Part shown: positions 1 through 13,745 of the stretch, one piece after another
Layout of the letters: every line of letters begins with the position of its first letter
Numbering within the stretch: position 1 is the first letter of the stretch
Source: Ylistrum balloti
Taxonomy: Eukaryota
DNA: 64,000 bases
Direction of reading: 5' to 3'
Assembly (NCBI RefSeq): GCF_031769215.1
Contig: NW_026781981.1
Coordinates: forward strand, 1,612,001-1,676,000
Notes under the pieces: generated by a model
What the model saw: the letters and a program-made list of their open reading frames with translations, nothing else
The model's database searches: none
Told to the model about the DNA's origin: nothing
Translations under genes and position numbers: made by a program

Positions 1-3000
1 TTTCTTATTTAAACTTAGCATTAATACATTGACTATTAAATCAGAAGCCAGGTCCTGTGATAGACTCACCACCTGTCGGTGTTTTAAGTTTATTTGAATT
101 CCAATTAATTTCACATCGTTTTATCAAATGTATCAATGAACAGCATGTGCGATCTTGCTAACCGAGAGATCGTTTATTTCATATTTAGATCAGTCGATTT
201 TCCCAATGATCAAGGGCATTGTAGCAATTGTGATTTAATGGCATATAACACTCCATCATTTACCATTGACAACTTTACCTGAACCAGAATACGGATTAGA
301 TAAGTAAACAATATTGAAACAGACGTGTTAATAGTAAGTTCACCATAATTGCTATGTTTATCGTAGTATTTTCCAAAATGTGTATCCAGCTTAGATAAAC
401 TAGTAAGAAAAAAATATCATATATCACTTAATATCGATTAATGTAGTGAAAGTGTCTGTTTTAAATAGCCTTCGTAAAAACCCGAAAAGAACGTATCTGC
501 CGTGCATTACCATTTGGATTCTGCATAGATAATGAAGTATATCTGATTATTGAAAAGCATTTCAATCCGTACGTATGTTGTCATCAATGTTAAGGTAAAG
601 GCATTGTGAAAATATTGTTACTCTTTCTTTAATCAATTCAACTCGCTGTTATAGTTTGGAGTTAGTGCATAGCTAGGACTAATGTAACAACGGCAAGACA
701 ATTTATTCGTCCGCTTGATATGTTTAGCCACACAATTCGTTAAAGCTGATAAAAACGTTATGTCCTTTTAAAATGAAGCGGATCTAATTTGAGGAAATTA
801 TGGAGGTTTTTCCTGCCCATGACAATGGTTACTTACTTTTTTATATGAGAAATATCGTTATCTCTCCGCTAAAATGAATAGGGTAAAAAGATATACCTAA
901 GCATTTGATGACGTTACGGAAATATTCAATGACGCCACTTTAACAAAATTGATATCATTACGTCATCAACATTATGAATTGACATTACGTTTGTATAAAA
1001 AAGGAAAAGAGAAAGTGACAAATAACCGCCTAATCCATTCATGATGAGATAGGAGAATCGGGGCAAGATTCTATTTTCCAATCCAATACCAACCTGACTT
1101 ACGGATCTTCCTCGTCACATCTCAGTGTATATATCATATGCATTTTTGTTTTAACGTTGCTTTTCAAAATTGAAAATATTTCCCTTTCAACAGTTTGAAG
1201 CGTTATTCTTACAAACAAATAATCCTTTGAAGAAGGGGTAACTCATTAGATTCAATGCAAAACATTTTTCTATACGTATTCTCCAGCAGTAGCAGCGATG
1301 TCCTTACATCGTAAATTGAGCAAAAGTGATAATCGTGTCGTAAAAACTTTATCCCTGACAAAGTCTTTACTGGGCTATTAATCTACTTTTCAATCCGTTT
1401 TTATTCCACTGGCATTAAGAGATTGAATTGCCTCGCATAACCATAATGTAAAATCTTAAATTCAGAATGAAATATCTGCAATGATAAAATCCAAACATCT
1501 CCCAAAATATTCTTAGATGGAAATCCAAAGCCTACGCCACTCTAAAAACACATTAAACCTTAGATTATGTCATAAGTCCAAGTGTTTTGTACATTGCATG
1601 ACAACAGAGTAAAAAGGCACTACGGTAAAATGAGGTCTCTACTCTATACTAACCTCCAGTTTCGATGTAAGAGACATTTTGCCATTTTATTGAACAATTA
1701 CGATACAGCACTTGCGTAATGCCGAAAAATGTATGAAATATTCAAGCATGTAGGATTTAGATGTCAAATAATTTTGTAATTTGAAATTAGTCCACGCATT
1801 TAATTCAGGTCGACATGCGCAATGACATCAGTTATTTTTCTAGCGACTAGTTTTAAGTAGATGGCGATGGTTAAATATTCATGTTGGTGAAAGCTGACGT
1901 GACTAGAATGTGACCTTAAAGGTTAGCAATCAAGTCATCAACAAATTGTCACTGATCAAAATGTGTTAAAATAGCCAAGCTCCGCAAGTTACATGACGAA
2001 TATTTGGTCCCTTTGCGCTCTGATACCGGAGTAATGAAATATTCATTATAGTATGATATGACTGAGAACAAAAGCTAAGAGATCTTTCATTGCTGACGTC
2101 ATTACTTCTGGTCTGTATTTTGGATCTCATTGTATTTCGTTTAATTATCATTATCTTCTGTTACTTATACTGACAAATGATAGAAATACTTTTTGCGTCA
2201 GTTTTAAGATATAGGATACAATTTATTTTCTCTGCATCTTTTCAGTTTTAATGAATTATTGTCAAACGCACTTAGCGCATTATCAATCTTTCCTGGCAAA
2301 TTAGCGCATTGATAAAATTACAACATACCAAACTGCAATTAGCGCATTCATGTGTTAGCGCAATATTCTAAGTGCAGGAACCGTTAGATAAGATTAGCGC
2401 TTGATATATATGTTCGCAATATTTCAATAGCAGTTTTGGTCCATAGAGATTCAGTCTGAATGCATGGAAAGGATTTTAAAGAAAAGCATTTATACACATT
2501 AGTACTAAATATCCTTGTATCTAAAGAAACAGATGTGCTAACATGGTAGGACATATCATGATATAAAGATGCATATGTGCGTCAATCTCATGTCATTGCT
2601 TATGTTTTACTTATCAATGCACACACAGCAGATTTGAAATCCGATCTTTTTCGCATGTTTAAGTGACTAATATTTCGGTCCTGCGTACGCATAACTGATA
2701 ATGAAACATTCCCTGGATTTAGAAGGGGTCAAATATTGTATTCCTAGTGTTAGGGTTACAGGATATAGCAGTTCGATGGATGACCTAGAATCGACAAAAT
2801 AATATTCTAGACAGAGCTGACAAGAAATCGCATACATAAAAAGCATACTTCGCTATTAAACATTCTAGGGACATGCAATAGAGGGACCTGCAAATCAACA
2901 TTGAATCATACGGACCCTCCTTTCATTTATTTGAATTTGAATAAAGGAAAGAGGTATACACCCTGGGAATTTCAGAATTGATAAGCGTCTTTCAAAGGCG

Positions 3001-4225
3001 TCAGTCGTTTTATTGGATGTTACACTTGTACTGTGGTCAGTTGGCCATGAAGACTATTGTCATCTGATTACGTCACGTGATGAGTGAACTGATTCCAGGA
3101 TGAAGCTTTGCCATGATCGTTTGTACAGGGATAAATTTTATTTTGAAAATAAACTCTTTAGAGACCAATCAATTTGCAGATTGTCTTTGAAACCTTAAAT
3201 CAATGTATAGACTCGGGTATATTTGTCGCCAATCGTCGTAAAATAAAGGGTTTTATAAAATGTTTTTTTCTTTGTAAGAAAATTCAAGTTGCTGGATTGG
3301 TCTACCGAAATACCAGATAAGGTGAAGCGTCTTGTCGAATGTGACAACTGAAAAGCGTGAGATAGATAGTGCTCCCTTGTTGTCACTGCCTACAATCGAT
3401 ACAAACATCCTAAGGCACCGAAATTCCTCCCGTTTGCTGTGATAGTGTAGCCAAAAAACAAAAATGGAGAAGGCAGACGATCGTCTACAATAAATGTATC
3501 AGTTTTTTCCCGCCAATCTTCTCATCATTGCAAAACTGTCATGAAGCAAAGATTTTAATGCGCGTTTTACCAACGAAAAGAAACCAAAACTATTTTATAT
3601 TATACACTAGCACAGCTCCTTTTTATGGTTATGCTAAGTAATAAATCCTTCTAGGCCGATTTTCTCTGCTTTTTCATTTTGACATTTAAGATAGAATTGC
3701 TCAACTAAACACGTCATATTTGTATGTTAACAACGGACAAATATTTGACAACACCATTTTTTTTATTCTTGCATGTGTTCTGGAAGTGATTTATCACCAT
3801 TATTTTTACCATTGGCAAGTAGGAAAATTGTCATTTTATGAAACAGTGTAAAGGATTTGTTTGTGAAATACCTTCCACAGAGATGCAATTCAACTTTGTT
3901 CAAATCCATTTGCGTCTGTGATTCTCGGCTTGTCTGAAAAGTGAACATAATCAAATGATAGGTCTAGAAAGCCGGCATGAACATATATACTATTGCTAAT
4001 AACAAACTATAGACAGCAGAATCACATATGTTGAAAATGAAGATTCGAGTAACCCCAAAGCGCTAACATGTTTATGCTATAACCAAGGAATTTTATCTTT
4101 TTATACACTTACTAGATAACTCGCAATACTAAGTTACATATGACGGTTTATGTGAACTAAGGAACTATTTTTCTGATTCAATATTAATGTTATTTTTCAA
4201 TAATTCATTTATTTGAAAATAACTA

Positions 4226-4254
4226 GTATATATATATATATATATATATATATT
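4226..4254. repeat. (TA)n microsatellite
   Basis: Direct reading. Confidence 0.9.
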
Positions 4255-6136
4255 TCCCATTGGCACATCAGAAATAAAGACCCCATTGTGATCGGCTTAC
4301 AACGTGGTCGTCGGATTCTGTCAAAAACTTTTTTTATTATGTATATGTATCTAGAGGCATTCTTGGTTGATCTATTCTTAGTACGTGTTGCTATGATTTA
4401 TTGTTATGTCACATTATTTAGTGTTTGCTATATTTAACATTTAACGACACAGAGAGGTCGGGAGAGTTCAAGGGTGTTTGACCATCGACTGGACATCAGC
4501 TCGCTCGGGATTTTGCCTGAGCTACGTACAAAGCTACATCTGCAATTTAATATGGTAAATGCATGCTTATTGTCAATATCTACCACACTGTGTACATGTA
4601 AATTGTATAAAATTAACGTATCAAATATTCAGCTACTTTACAAAGACTAGACATCAACCACACATTTAACTTATTATTTCACTAATTATTTAACTTTAAC
4701 AATGTTTTGGTCATTGCTGCTAAGGCAATTTTCAATTTAACGAAATAACGTTCTCTTAACCATTCATTGGTCAGTGCTACTATTTGTATGACCGATTAAT
4801 TATAACTTACCAGTCTGATATGTGACCTGACCAAACTGACCATCTCAATTTGCCATATACACATGTACGCGGCCAACCGTTGTCTCTGAATAACAATCAG
4901 GCACGAGAATCATGCACGTATGTACCGTGTAAAGTGCGCGAACTCTGTAAGTACTCTTAATATCCGTGGCAATGTCATGGTCTAGTATTTACACAAACAT
5001 CGCATGCAATGTATTTTTATCAGGGCACATTCGTGCGTCCTACAAGAAAAATATACTAACCAAGTTCTCGTCCTAATACACTGTTATATCTTTAACATAC
5101 AAAAAGGGAAAGTAGTCCAAAATGTTTGTTATCTATCTGTATATGTTAAGAGGTAACGATTTACTTCAAAACGCAGATTATTATAAAGTGGTCGTGGAAA
5201 TACTTCGTCAGCGTGTGAAAATAAATCATTGGTTAAGATCAAACCTTAACTAAAGTAAATTTTCCAAACGTTGACAACCAAACTGATATGGCTATAACGA
5301 ACTGACATGTTTAGCATAGATAACAGACTGAAAAGGTTATTCAATGATAAATGAAATGTCGACGTGTAGTTATCAATTCTTTTCAACAATACATGTGAAG
5401 TATATAAGAACACACGTACATACGTCAATAACTACTTTAAAACACTTTATAAAATTTAATAAAAAAAAAACAGAATACCGACATGAAAAAATTGCTATAA
5501 ATATTAAACTTATAAAAATCATTTACACAAGTAGTCCAGAAGGACAAGCATCTTCTGTTTCATCGACGACACTCACAATGAAAAACGTGGTCAACCGAGA
5601 GATCGACGTCGCGTTCTCAAATGAAAGTAAGATGATCAACAACGGAATCCACAAGGCACACCAGCTAGCATAGAACACATCTAACTTTATAACATGAAAG
5701 GTAATATAATGTTTCCCAGGGATATCTAGTTAGTGATTAGGATATTTCCCGATAGTCTTCATCTACTCGCTTCCCTCAAACCCTGTGTTGTAAATTTAGC
5801 TGTTAGATTTAGCGGAAGTGATAAAATGGATATTGAAAAATGCGATATCCAGTCATTTGTGAGTGGAAATAAGGCGGGTTAGAAAAAAAACAGTATGGTT
5901 ACTATCAAGGAATAGAAAACTCACAACTCTGACAAGTTCTGATGGATAAACTTAGCGATACATTCAACTTCGTGTGAAAACAAAAAAATCAGCAAAGAGG
6001 GGGACAAAGCTGGCTCCTATAAGAATGCATATAGGATGTTGGATGATATTATCAACCAGAAATTTTTCTTACGTGTGACTTTCTTTGCCCTAGGCATTCT
6101 CTGCACAAAAAAAACACTCCTTTATACCTGTACCAC

Positions 6137-6349
6137 CTTACTTTGGGAAAAAAACTCTTATAAGTAGAGAATAAGGGCAATGGTTAAAAATGTATGGATT
6201 TTTGAGACTTACTTTGGGAAAAAAACCTCTTATAACTAGAGAATAGGGGCGATAGTTAAAAATGTATGGATTTTTGAGACTTACTTTGGGAAAAAACTCT
6301 TATAACTAGAGAATAAGGGCGATGGTTAAAAATGTATGGATTTTTGAGA
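6137..6349. repeat. About 71-bp tandem repeat, 3 copies
   Basis: CTTACTTTGGGAAAAAA...GGATTTTTGAGA starts at 6137, 6208 and 6280. Confidence 0.95.
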
Positions 6350-9300
6350 AGCCAGATACCATTATTTCTACTATAAGACCTTCTCCTTGGTTTGACTGCA
6401 TTGAGAATGGTGGTAAGAAGCTTGGATAGAGGTTCCGTTCAACAAGTAGACGTGTCATCAATAAATCGTTGTTTATGTTGATATTTGAGAAGTTTAGAAA
6501 TCCAATACATATGGGAATGTCCGTATTCATATTATTAACGGGAATTTTATCATTGAATTTGATACTTAAGTGTAATTAACTAGCATTTAATCTTTGGAAA
6601 ATCTATAATGTTTAAATAGGTTCTCCTATGTTGTCGAGCTCACCTAGTCCTGGTCTTTCCATGAAATATAATAGTGTTTTCAGACGGGGATTAGATAATC
6701 AAAGATCTTTTCTGTTTACACAATGACATATTAATTTTGAAAATTAGTAAGTGTCGGTTTGGTAGATTTGAAGCTGATGCTTCTTTTAGAAAGAATTCTA
6801 TTCACACTGAAAGCAAATCTTACGCAGCAACTTTCCGTTTTCATCCACCCTTTTTAACTGATTACCTTTTTACGTACCTCTTGAAAAAGTAATTTTCTCT
6901 TTATAGAAAGGTAGCATAGCATATATTTAAAAAAAACTAAATTGCGTGGGACTATATGTGTCCAGTGGACACTGATTTATGGAGCACAAGAAAATGCCGA
7001 AAGCGGAGTAATTCTAAGGTCAAATGATTTAACTGTTTTCGTGTACGTTGTTCGGAAGTGACGGACGAGTTCATCTCGGAAATGAATAGTTACATATCGA
7101 CTGTATTCAGAATAAAGTGTAGAAATAAAGTGTGATGTCAACTTCGACAGACCTTTGGACTTCTAGAACATGACTGTTGTTAACAGCAGCTCTCAAATTT
7201 ACCGTGGAGTTGTTTTTACTTATGTACTATCGGTGGTTTCTTCTCCGCTTCGTTTCATCGTTCGGTGACCGCGAAGAGAATTAAGGATAACTTCAGATGG
7301 AGGAGAAGTTTACAGACAATTAACCCAGTGATGGTGCCATATCAGGTACACCTCAATGAGCAGGCCCGACCAAGGATACACAACACCATTTCATAATCCG
7401 GTAACACAGATCATAATGACGAGATGGGCAGCAGCAGGAAAAATGTAACTGGACGTTCGATACGCGTGTATGGGCAATAAGAATTGAACGTTGAACAAAT
7501 TACCCGACCGGACAATCGACTCTGATTTCACCAAAACAATGAAAATGATATCTCTGGGAATAGTCGATGACTAGTACTTTATTCATCATGAGTAAATACT
7601 GGTGTGTGTTTTGAAAACAATGTCAAATGCCCTATAGTGAGTGCAATGCAATTCTTAAACGCTTTAAAGAAAATACCGATGTGTCAATAGTCTTGGTTCA
7701 ATCTCCGAATCGATCAAATAAGGGAAAATATGAACAAAAGAAAGGTTTCCAAGGAAACCCCTGAAATGTGCAAGGAGAATACGACTAGGTGTTTCGGAAG
7801 GTTAGAGTTTATAACTTTAAACATTATAAGCAACGTATATCCTGCAATTTGCTCATAGTACCGTCCACATCATGCCTTATTTTGGAAGAAGGGAATAGAA
7901 ATATTCCTGAATGTTTTGATATATTTCTCTTAAATTGACCTGTCTTCAAAGCCTGTCAACCAGTTGTCAAGGGAGACTACTCTCACATCGACCGTACATG
8001 TCCAATGACTCTTTCCTTCATACAGTGTTTGCACAAAATACGAATCGATCTATTCAGACGGAAAGAAATTTAATTTAACACTTGGGTTGCTGTCAGGATT
8101 TTATATTTTTGGTCTCCAAGTGGATTGAATCGGGCAATATAATCTTGTATACTCATTGAGGACGGCTGGTTTCTGCATGGATTCGTGTGTTAGTCTAATG
8201 AATACTGAATGTTCTCTTCAGCTGGCGTCAATCGGTGAGCTGTCATGGCGTCCGCGGGCGGCACAAGGAGACAGAGTTCCGATCGTTACACGGTCAGTGG
8301 AGTATGTAGACTGTATATACTGTCATCAGATATTATATTGCTGTCATTGAAGCAGACCAAAACATACATGTATGTGTAGATCAAATAAACCGTCGTTTCA
8401 ATTTTTCGTAAAAATGAGGGAATGAAATATATCGTCATATACAGAAGTATGCATACATCAAAAAGATATCGGTAATATGTTCAAACCTTTTTTAAAAATT
8501 AATTTTAAAAATGAGGGAATGAAATACATCGTCATTCACAAAAGTATATTTGTACATCTTTAACACATCTCAGTATATCCAAAATGATTCTATATAATGA
8601 TAACGTTCGTTCCTTAAGTGTGCGTTCCGTCTCTGACAATATATAAACTTTGATGATGATCATAATATAATGGTGGGTTTGTGATAGTATTCGGTTGTAT
8701 ATGAATTTTAAATAAAATAAGGATACAGCATAATTGTGTTCATTCATATATACTAGAAAGTTATCTATTTGATTAGTTTAGGAGATTCCAACAATTCTAC
8801 ATACAATTGTATAACTAGCCCCTAATCTAGGAAACCATTTTTATAAACGTATTCTATATTACTGGTATATATGTTATGATCCATTCATTTGTCCAGTTAT
8901 TTGTACGACGTGTGTATAAACTTGTACGCCGTTTACAAGAATATTCATTTTGAACTTTGTCTTGGAATTTCAGTCAGTTACAAGGAAGTTTTGAAATGCG
9001 GTTTGAGTATGAAAAAGTCACACCCGTAGCAATTCTAGATATAGACCTATCTTTATCGAAAGTATGATAATTTGTTTCTAGAATTCCAAAAAGGACCGTC
9101 GGTAATATATTTCCAATAATCTAGATACAATGATATGTCTACAATTTCTCTGCAATTAGAGAGACTTTTCGTTTAAACATTTCTTGATTAAAATAAAAAG
9201 AAAAGATGCGTTAGTTAAATATAATGACAGGCATATGATCTAAAGTATTCATGATTTTAAGACATTTTGGGAAAAAATTATTATGTTTATCTTCCATCCA

Positions 9301-10562
9301 GAAAATATCTCTCTGCTTGTCTGTGGTTTATAATCATCACAGATAATTTTTATATCATATCTAAAAATGTTCCCGGTCATATGTCCAAATGCATTACCGA
9401 ATTCAGTCATTTTTGGAAAATGTTTTGATTTCCACCCACCTTTCAGAAACATCTCACTGTTTCTTTATGCATCACAACCATTACACAGAGTTTTTTTGTA
9501 TTTTTAAAATGCATGTCATAAAAATATTAACAAAATGCAACGATGTTCGAGAAGAGTTTGTGGTTTATATGCAATTACATGTTACATTTAATTAAATTAG
9601 CTGGTGAAAGTGGAGAATGACATTTTTTTCTCTTCAATGTTTTATGTTTTGCAAACTCGTTGTCTACAGACACCAAATGACGAATTGCGTGAGTAAGGTT
9701 GACTGTTGACGGCTAGTGGCACGTTTTACTATGTACAGTTGACTATAGCCTGTCCGCAACCCGTGTTTTATATGTTATAAATTTGATGGTTGCCTGTCTT
9801 TGGTTGCGTGTGTATGACCAACTTGCATCGTATATAACATCGCTTTCACCAGCCCCTGGGTATCCCAGTCTTCTCAATACCTGTTGCGTGTTCGGCATGA
9901 TGATTTTACGCGCCATTGTGCGTGCTGTGCCTTCGTGCCGCAGAGGATAAGCATAAATATTTAATTCAGCGCCCGCAAAATAATTCTCCATTGTCTATTT
10001 CAATCAACATTGTTGCGTTGCTCCTCTGGCATTAGTGTCAGACCCAACGTAAAGTCTGTAGTAGAGGAACACATGGCTTTCAACGGGAGATTATATATTC
10101 TTCACATGAACACGAGTAGGGAGGGAATCATTTAATCACAGCGGCAACAGTAGAGGGGTATGTCTAATAGAACTACAAACTATTGTGGTAAGAAACAGCT
10201 TAAAACACACCACAAGTACTACCTGATGGTCGCATATAGTTTTATCACAGGACAACAAGGGTCCACATCACGATACAAAAACGGAATCACAAAAGTTTCA
10301 ACCAAAGCTGTGATAAAATAATACGGTATAATATTGGAATCTATATTTAGACAATACTTTGAGAGTGAAGTAGAATATGTCTAGACACAGCGGTGGACCT
10401 TTGAAAGGTGAATCTTTCCATAGCCATATAGACAAGAACTTAATAAAGATATACAGGTGTGAGACAGTGATATTTACGCAATGTTAGTAGGCGAAGTAAG
10501 GTTGTATTTTTTGTATTGCATTCCAGGGAAATCCCATTCATATATATTAGGGATAAATCATA

Positions 10563-10739
10563 CAGTGGACTCTGTCTAAACCGGAGTCTGTGCAATCCAG
10601 ATATCTGCCTGATCCGGTCAAATAATTAGGTCCCAGTTCCAACAATATTATAACAATGGACTCTCTGCAATCCGGAACTCTCTACAAAACGGCCAAATCA
10701 TTCAGTCCTGAAGGTGTCCGCTTAAGACAGATTCCACTG
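10563..10739. mobile_element. 177-bp MITE (pogo/Tigger-like, TA target duplication)
   Basis: The left end CAGTGGACTCTGTCTAAACCGGA and the reverse complement of the right end CAGTGGAATCTGTCTTAAGCGGA are near-identical. TA lies on both sides (10561-62, 10740-41). It is non-coding. Confidence 0.85.
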
Positions 10740-11051
10740 TACAATTTTTATGGACGGCAGAATTCGATCATCATCGCCATATGTTATCCACTGATCAAAC
10801 GTTTTGGTCAGAGGTTGCATTTGTTACTGGTCTGATAAAATACGGGTATACATTTAAAGTCAAACAAAGCTATGTCATCAATGTGTTTATTGAGTCGCGA
10901 CAGAGAAAGAGATAAGAAATTTTGAATGTTTATTTCGTCCTTTTTTTTACTTTCTCTTTCCGTTTGGGACATGCCATGCACTTTTCGTTTTTCTATTATT
11001 GTATTGCAACTAACCCACGTGACAATAAAATATTGACTCTTACATTTGCAG

Positions 11052-11206
11052 ATGATAGTCAAAGAGTTGATATGGCTTGCGGTAACACTAGTCTGTCATC
11101 ATCAGCAAGATTGTGTTTGATGGTCGTACTCCCGCAGCTCTTAATAACACTTTGGAGTGGTACATCGCGATATAGCACCAAAGTCGAGAGTAGGCTATCG
11201 AGATAG
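11052..11206 (+). CDS. Possible terminal exon encoding a hydrophobic membrane-anchor-like segment; gene unresolved
   Basis: Acceptor TTTGCAG|AT, with frame DDSQRVDMACGNTSLSSSARLCLMVVLPQLLITLWSG...stop. The opposite strand is also open and no homologue is recognised. Confidence 0.25.
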
Positions 11207-11454
11207 AATATCAAGGGACAAGATGGCAAAAACGGTGTATTGGAAATACTCGACACAAAGGGTAAAAAGGGGTAACAGGCATATAGGTGACACATCACCA
11301 GAACATAGTGAAGGACACACATAGCAAGGGAGATTTAAGTGTAACGAGACAGTTATATGTATTTAGATTTGAGAAGGGATGGACGAATGAGTTTATTTGC
11401 GAGGGCAGGACACACCTATCAAACAACAGGGATGTAAGAGTATGTAAAGACAAT

Positions 11455-12686
11455 GAAAGGGAGGGAACAATCTTAGCACAGCATGGAGGGACATGTCCGT
11501 TATCACGGTAAGGGAGGGACCAATCTTAGCACAGCATGGAGAAACACGTACGTTATCACGACAAGGGAGGGGCAAATCTTAACACAACATGGAGAGACAT
11601 GTACGTTATCACGGTAAGGGAGGGACAAATCTTAACACAGCATGGAGAGACATGTACGTTATCACGGTAGGGGAGGGATAAATCTTAACACAACATGGAG
11701 AGACATGTACGTGATCACGGTAAGGGAGGGACAAATCTTAACACAGCATGGAGGGACATGTACGTTATCACGGTAAGGGAGGGACAAATCTTAACACAGC
11801 ATGGAGGGACACGTACGTTATCACGGTAAGGGAGGGACAAATCTTAACACAGCATGGAGGGACACGTACGTTGTCACGGTAAGGGAGGGACAGGTGATAA
11901 CACAACATGGAGAGACATGTACGTTATCACGGTAAGGGAGGGATAAATCTTAACACAGCATGGAGGGACATGTACGTTATCACGGTAAGGGAGGGACAAA
12001 TCTTAACACAGCATGGAGGGACACGTACGTTATCACGGTAAGGGAGGGATAAATCTTAACAAAGCATGGAGGGACATGTACGTTATCACGGTAAGGGAGG
12101 GACAAATCTTAACACAGCATGGAGGGACACGTACGTTATCTCGGTAAAGGAGGGATAAATCTTAACACAGCATGGAGGGACACGTATGCTATCACGGTAA
12201 GAGAGGGACAGGTGATAACACAACATGGAGAGACATTTACGTTATCACGGTAAGGGAGGGACAAAACGTAACACAGCATGGAGGGACATGTACGTTATCA
12301 CGGTAAGGAAGGGACAAATCTTAACACAGGATGGAGGACACGTACGTTATGACGGTAAGGGAGGGACAAATCTTAGCACAGCATGGAGAGACATGTACGA
12401 TATCACGGTAAGGGAGGGACAAATCGTAACACCGCATGGAGGGACACGTACGTTATCACGGTAAGGAAGGGACAAATCTTAACACAGGATGGAGGACACG
12501 TACGTTATGACGGTTAGGGAGGGACAAATCTTAGCACAACATGGAGGGACACGTACGTTATCACGGTTAGGGAGGACAGATGTTAACACAGCATGGAGGG
12601 ACATATATGGTATCATGGTAAGGGAGGGACAAATCTTAACACAGCATGGAGGGACACTTATGTTATCACGGTAAGGAAGGGACAAG
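11455..12686. repeat. 53-bp satellite, about 23 copies
   Basis: Unit ACGGTAAGGGAGGGACAAATCTTAACACAGCATGGAGGGACA(C/T)GTACGTTATC; the period is seen at 11611 and 11664. Confidence 0.95.
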
Positions 12687-12734
12687 TAGGTACTGTGGTC
12701 ACGGTAACATGAGCACATGTTTTCAGACCCGACG

Positions 12735-13075
12735 TGTAGCTTGTTTGCAAGATAGGAGAAGGACATGTAGTTTGTAAACAAGACAGGGGAGTGACGTGTA
12801 GTTTGTAAACAAGAAAAAGGAGAGACGGGTTGTTTGTAAACAAGAAAAGAGAGGGACGTGTAGTTTGTAAACAAGAAAAAGGAGAGACGTGTTGTTTGTA
12901 AACAAGAAAAGAGTGGGACGTGCAGTTTGTAAACAAGAAAAGAGAGGGACGTGTAGGATGCATACAAGACAATCGAATGACACGTAGTATACAAATAACA
13001 CAAAGTGGGATATGTAGTATGTTAACAAGACAATGAAGGGACGCGTAGTACACAAACAAGACAAGGGAGAACAAG
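12735..13075. repeat. 29-30-bp minisatellite, about 11 copies, decaying rightwards
   Basis: Unit approximately GTAGTTTGTAAACAAGAAAAGGAGAGACGT. Confidence 0.9.
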
Positions 13076-13429
13076 TTCTATAGCTTTAGGAACAAAAGCA
13101 CGATGAAATATAATGATATAGATATACAGATATGTAGAGATATTGATTATCATATCAAGGAGCGGAAATACTAATGTATTTATCTTTAACTCACATATTG
13201 CTGATATTCATAGTTTGGTGAATCAAATTAAATAAACAATGACGCGCCAGGTAACAGTTGTTGGAGACAAAATATATTAATTTTTTTTAATGTTTACATA
13301 ATGTATAATTTGTAAATCATCATTTACGACAATAACCCTGCAATGTTGTTTTCATGATATCAGGACGTAGAATGATGCAAGGGAGACAACTCTGATTTGA
13401 TACCTATAAAACAGGAAGAAGTACCGAAA

Positions 13430-13745
13430 AACATGTCTTGTGCTGTCCCCACTGGGGTTCGAACTACAATGTCCCGACCTTTCGTCAGTCTGTAGTTAAA
13501 TGAAAATGAAATTCACATAATCCAAAACTAGGATGGCTACGTGTACTCTCAAATTCTACAGTACTCTCACCTTCACAAGTCTTTGTCCCCGAAGACAAGC
13601 AAGTGTAGTAACTCGAACTAAGAATCTCACTCGTGGAATTAAATGACTAATGAAAAACATTGCTTGTCCTCGCCTGGGTTCGAACTAGCGATCTTTGTGT
13701 ATCTAGCCGAACACTATACTACTCGCCCAAAGGAAAAGTACTACC
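13430..13745 (-). mobile_element. tRNA-derived SINE head fragments (two related copies)
   Basis: Minus-strand B boxes GTTCGAACC lie at 13685-13677 and 13464-13456, each followed by GGACA..C..TGTTTTT. An A-box-like GGGCGAGTAGTATAGTG lies upstream of the first. It is not a foldable tRNA. Confidence 0.55.

Noticed and set aside
12225-13074. ORFs over the 53-bp and 29-bp arrays
   Set aside because: They are repeat-derived low-complexity translations in several frames.
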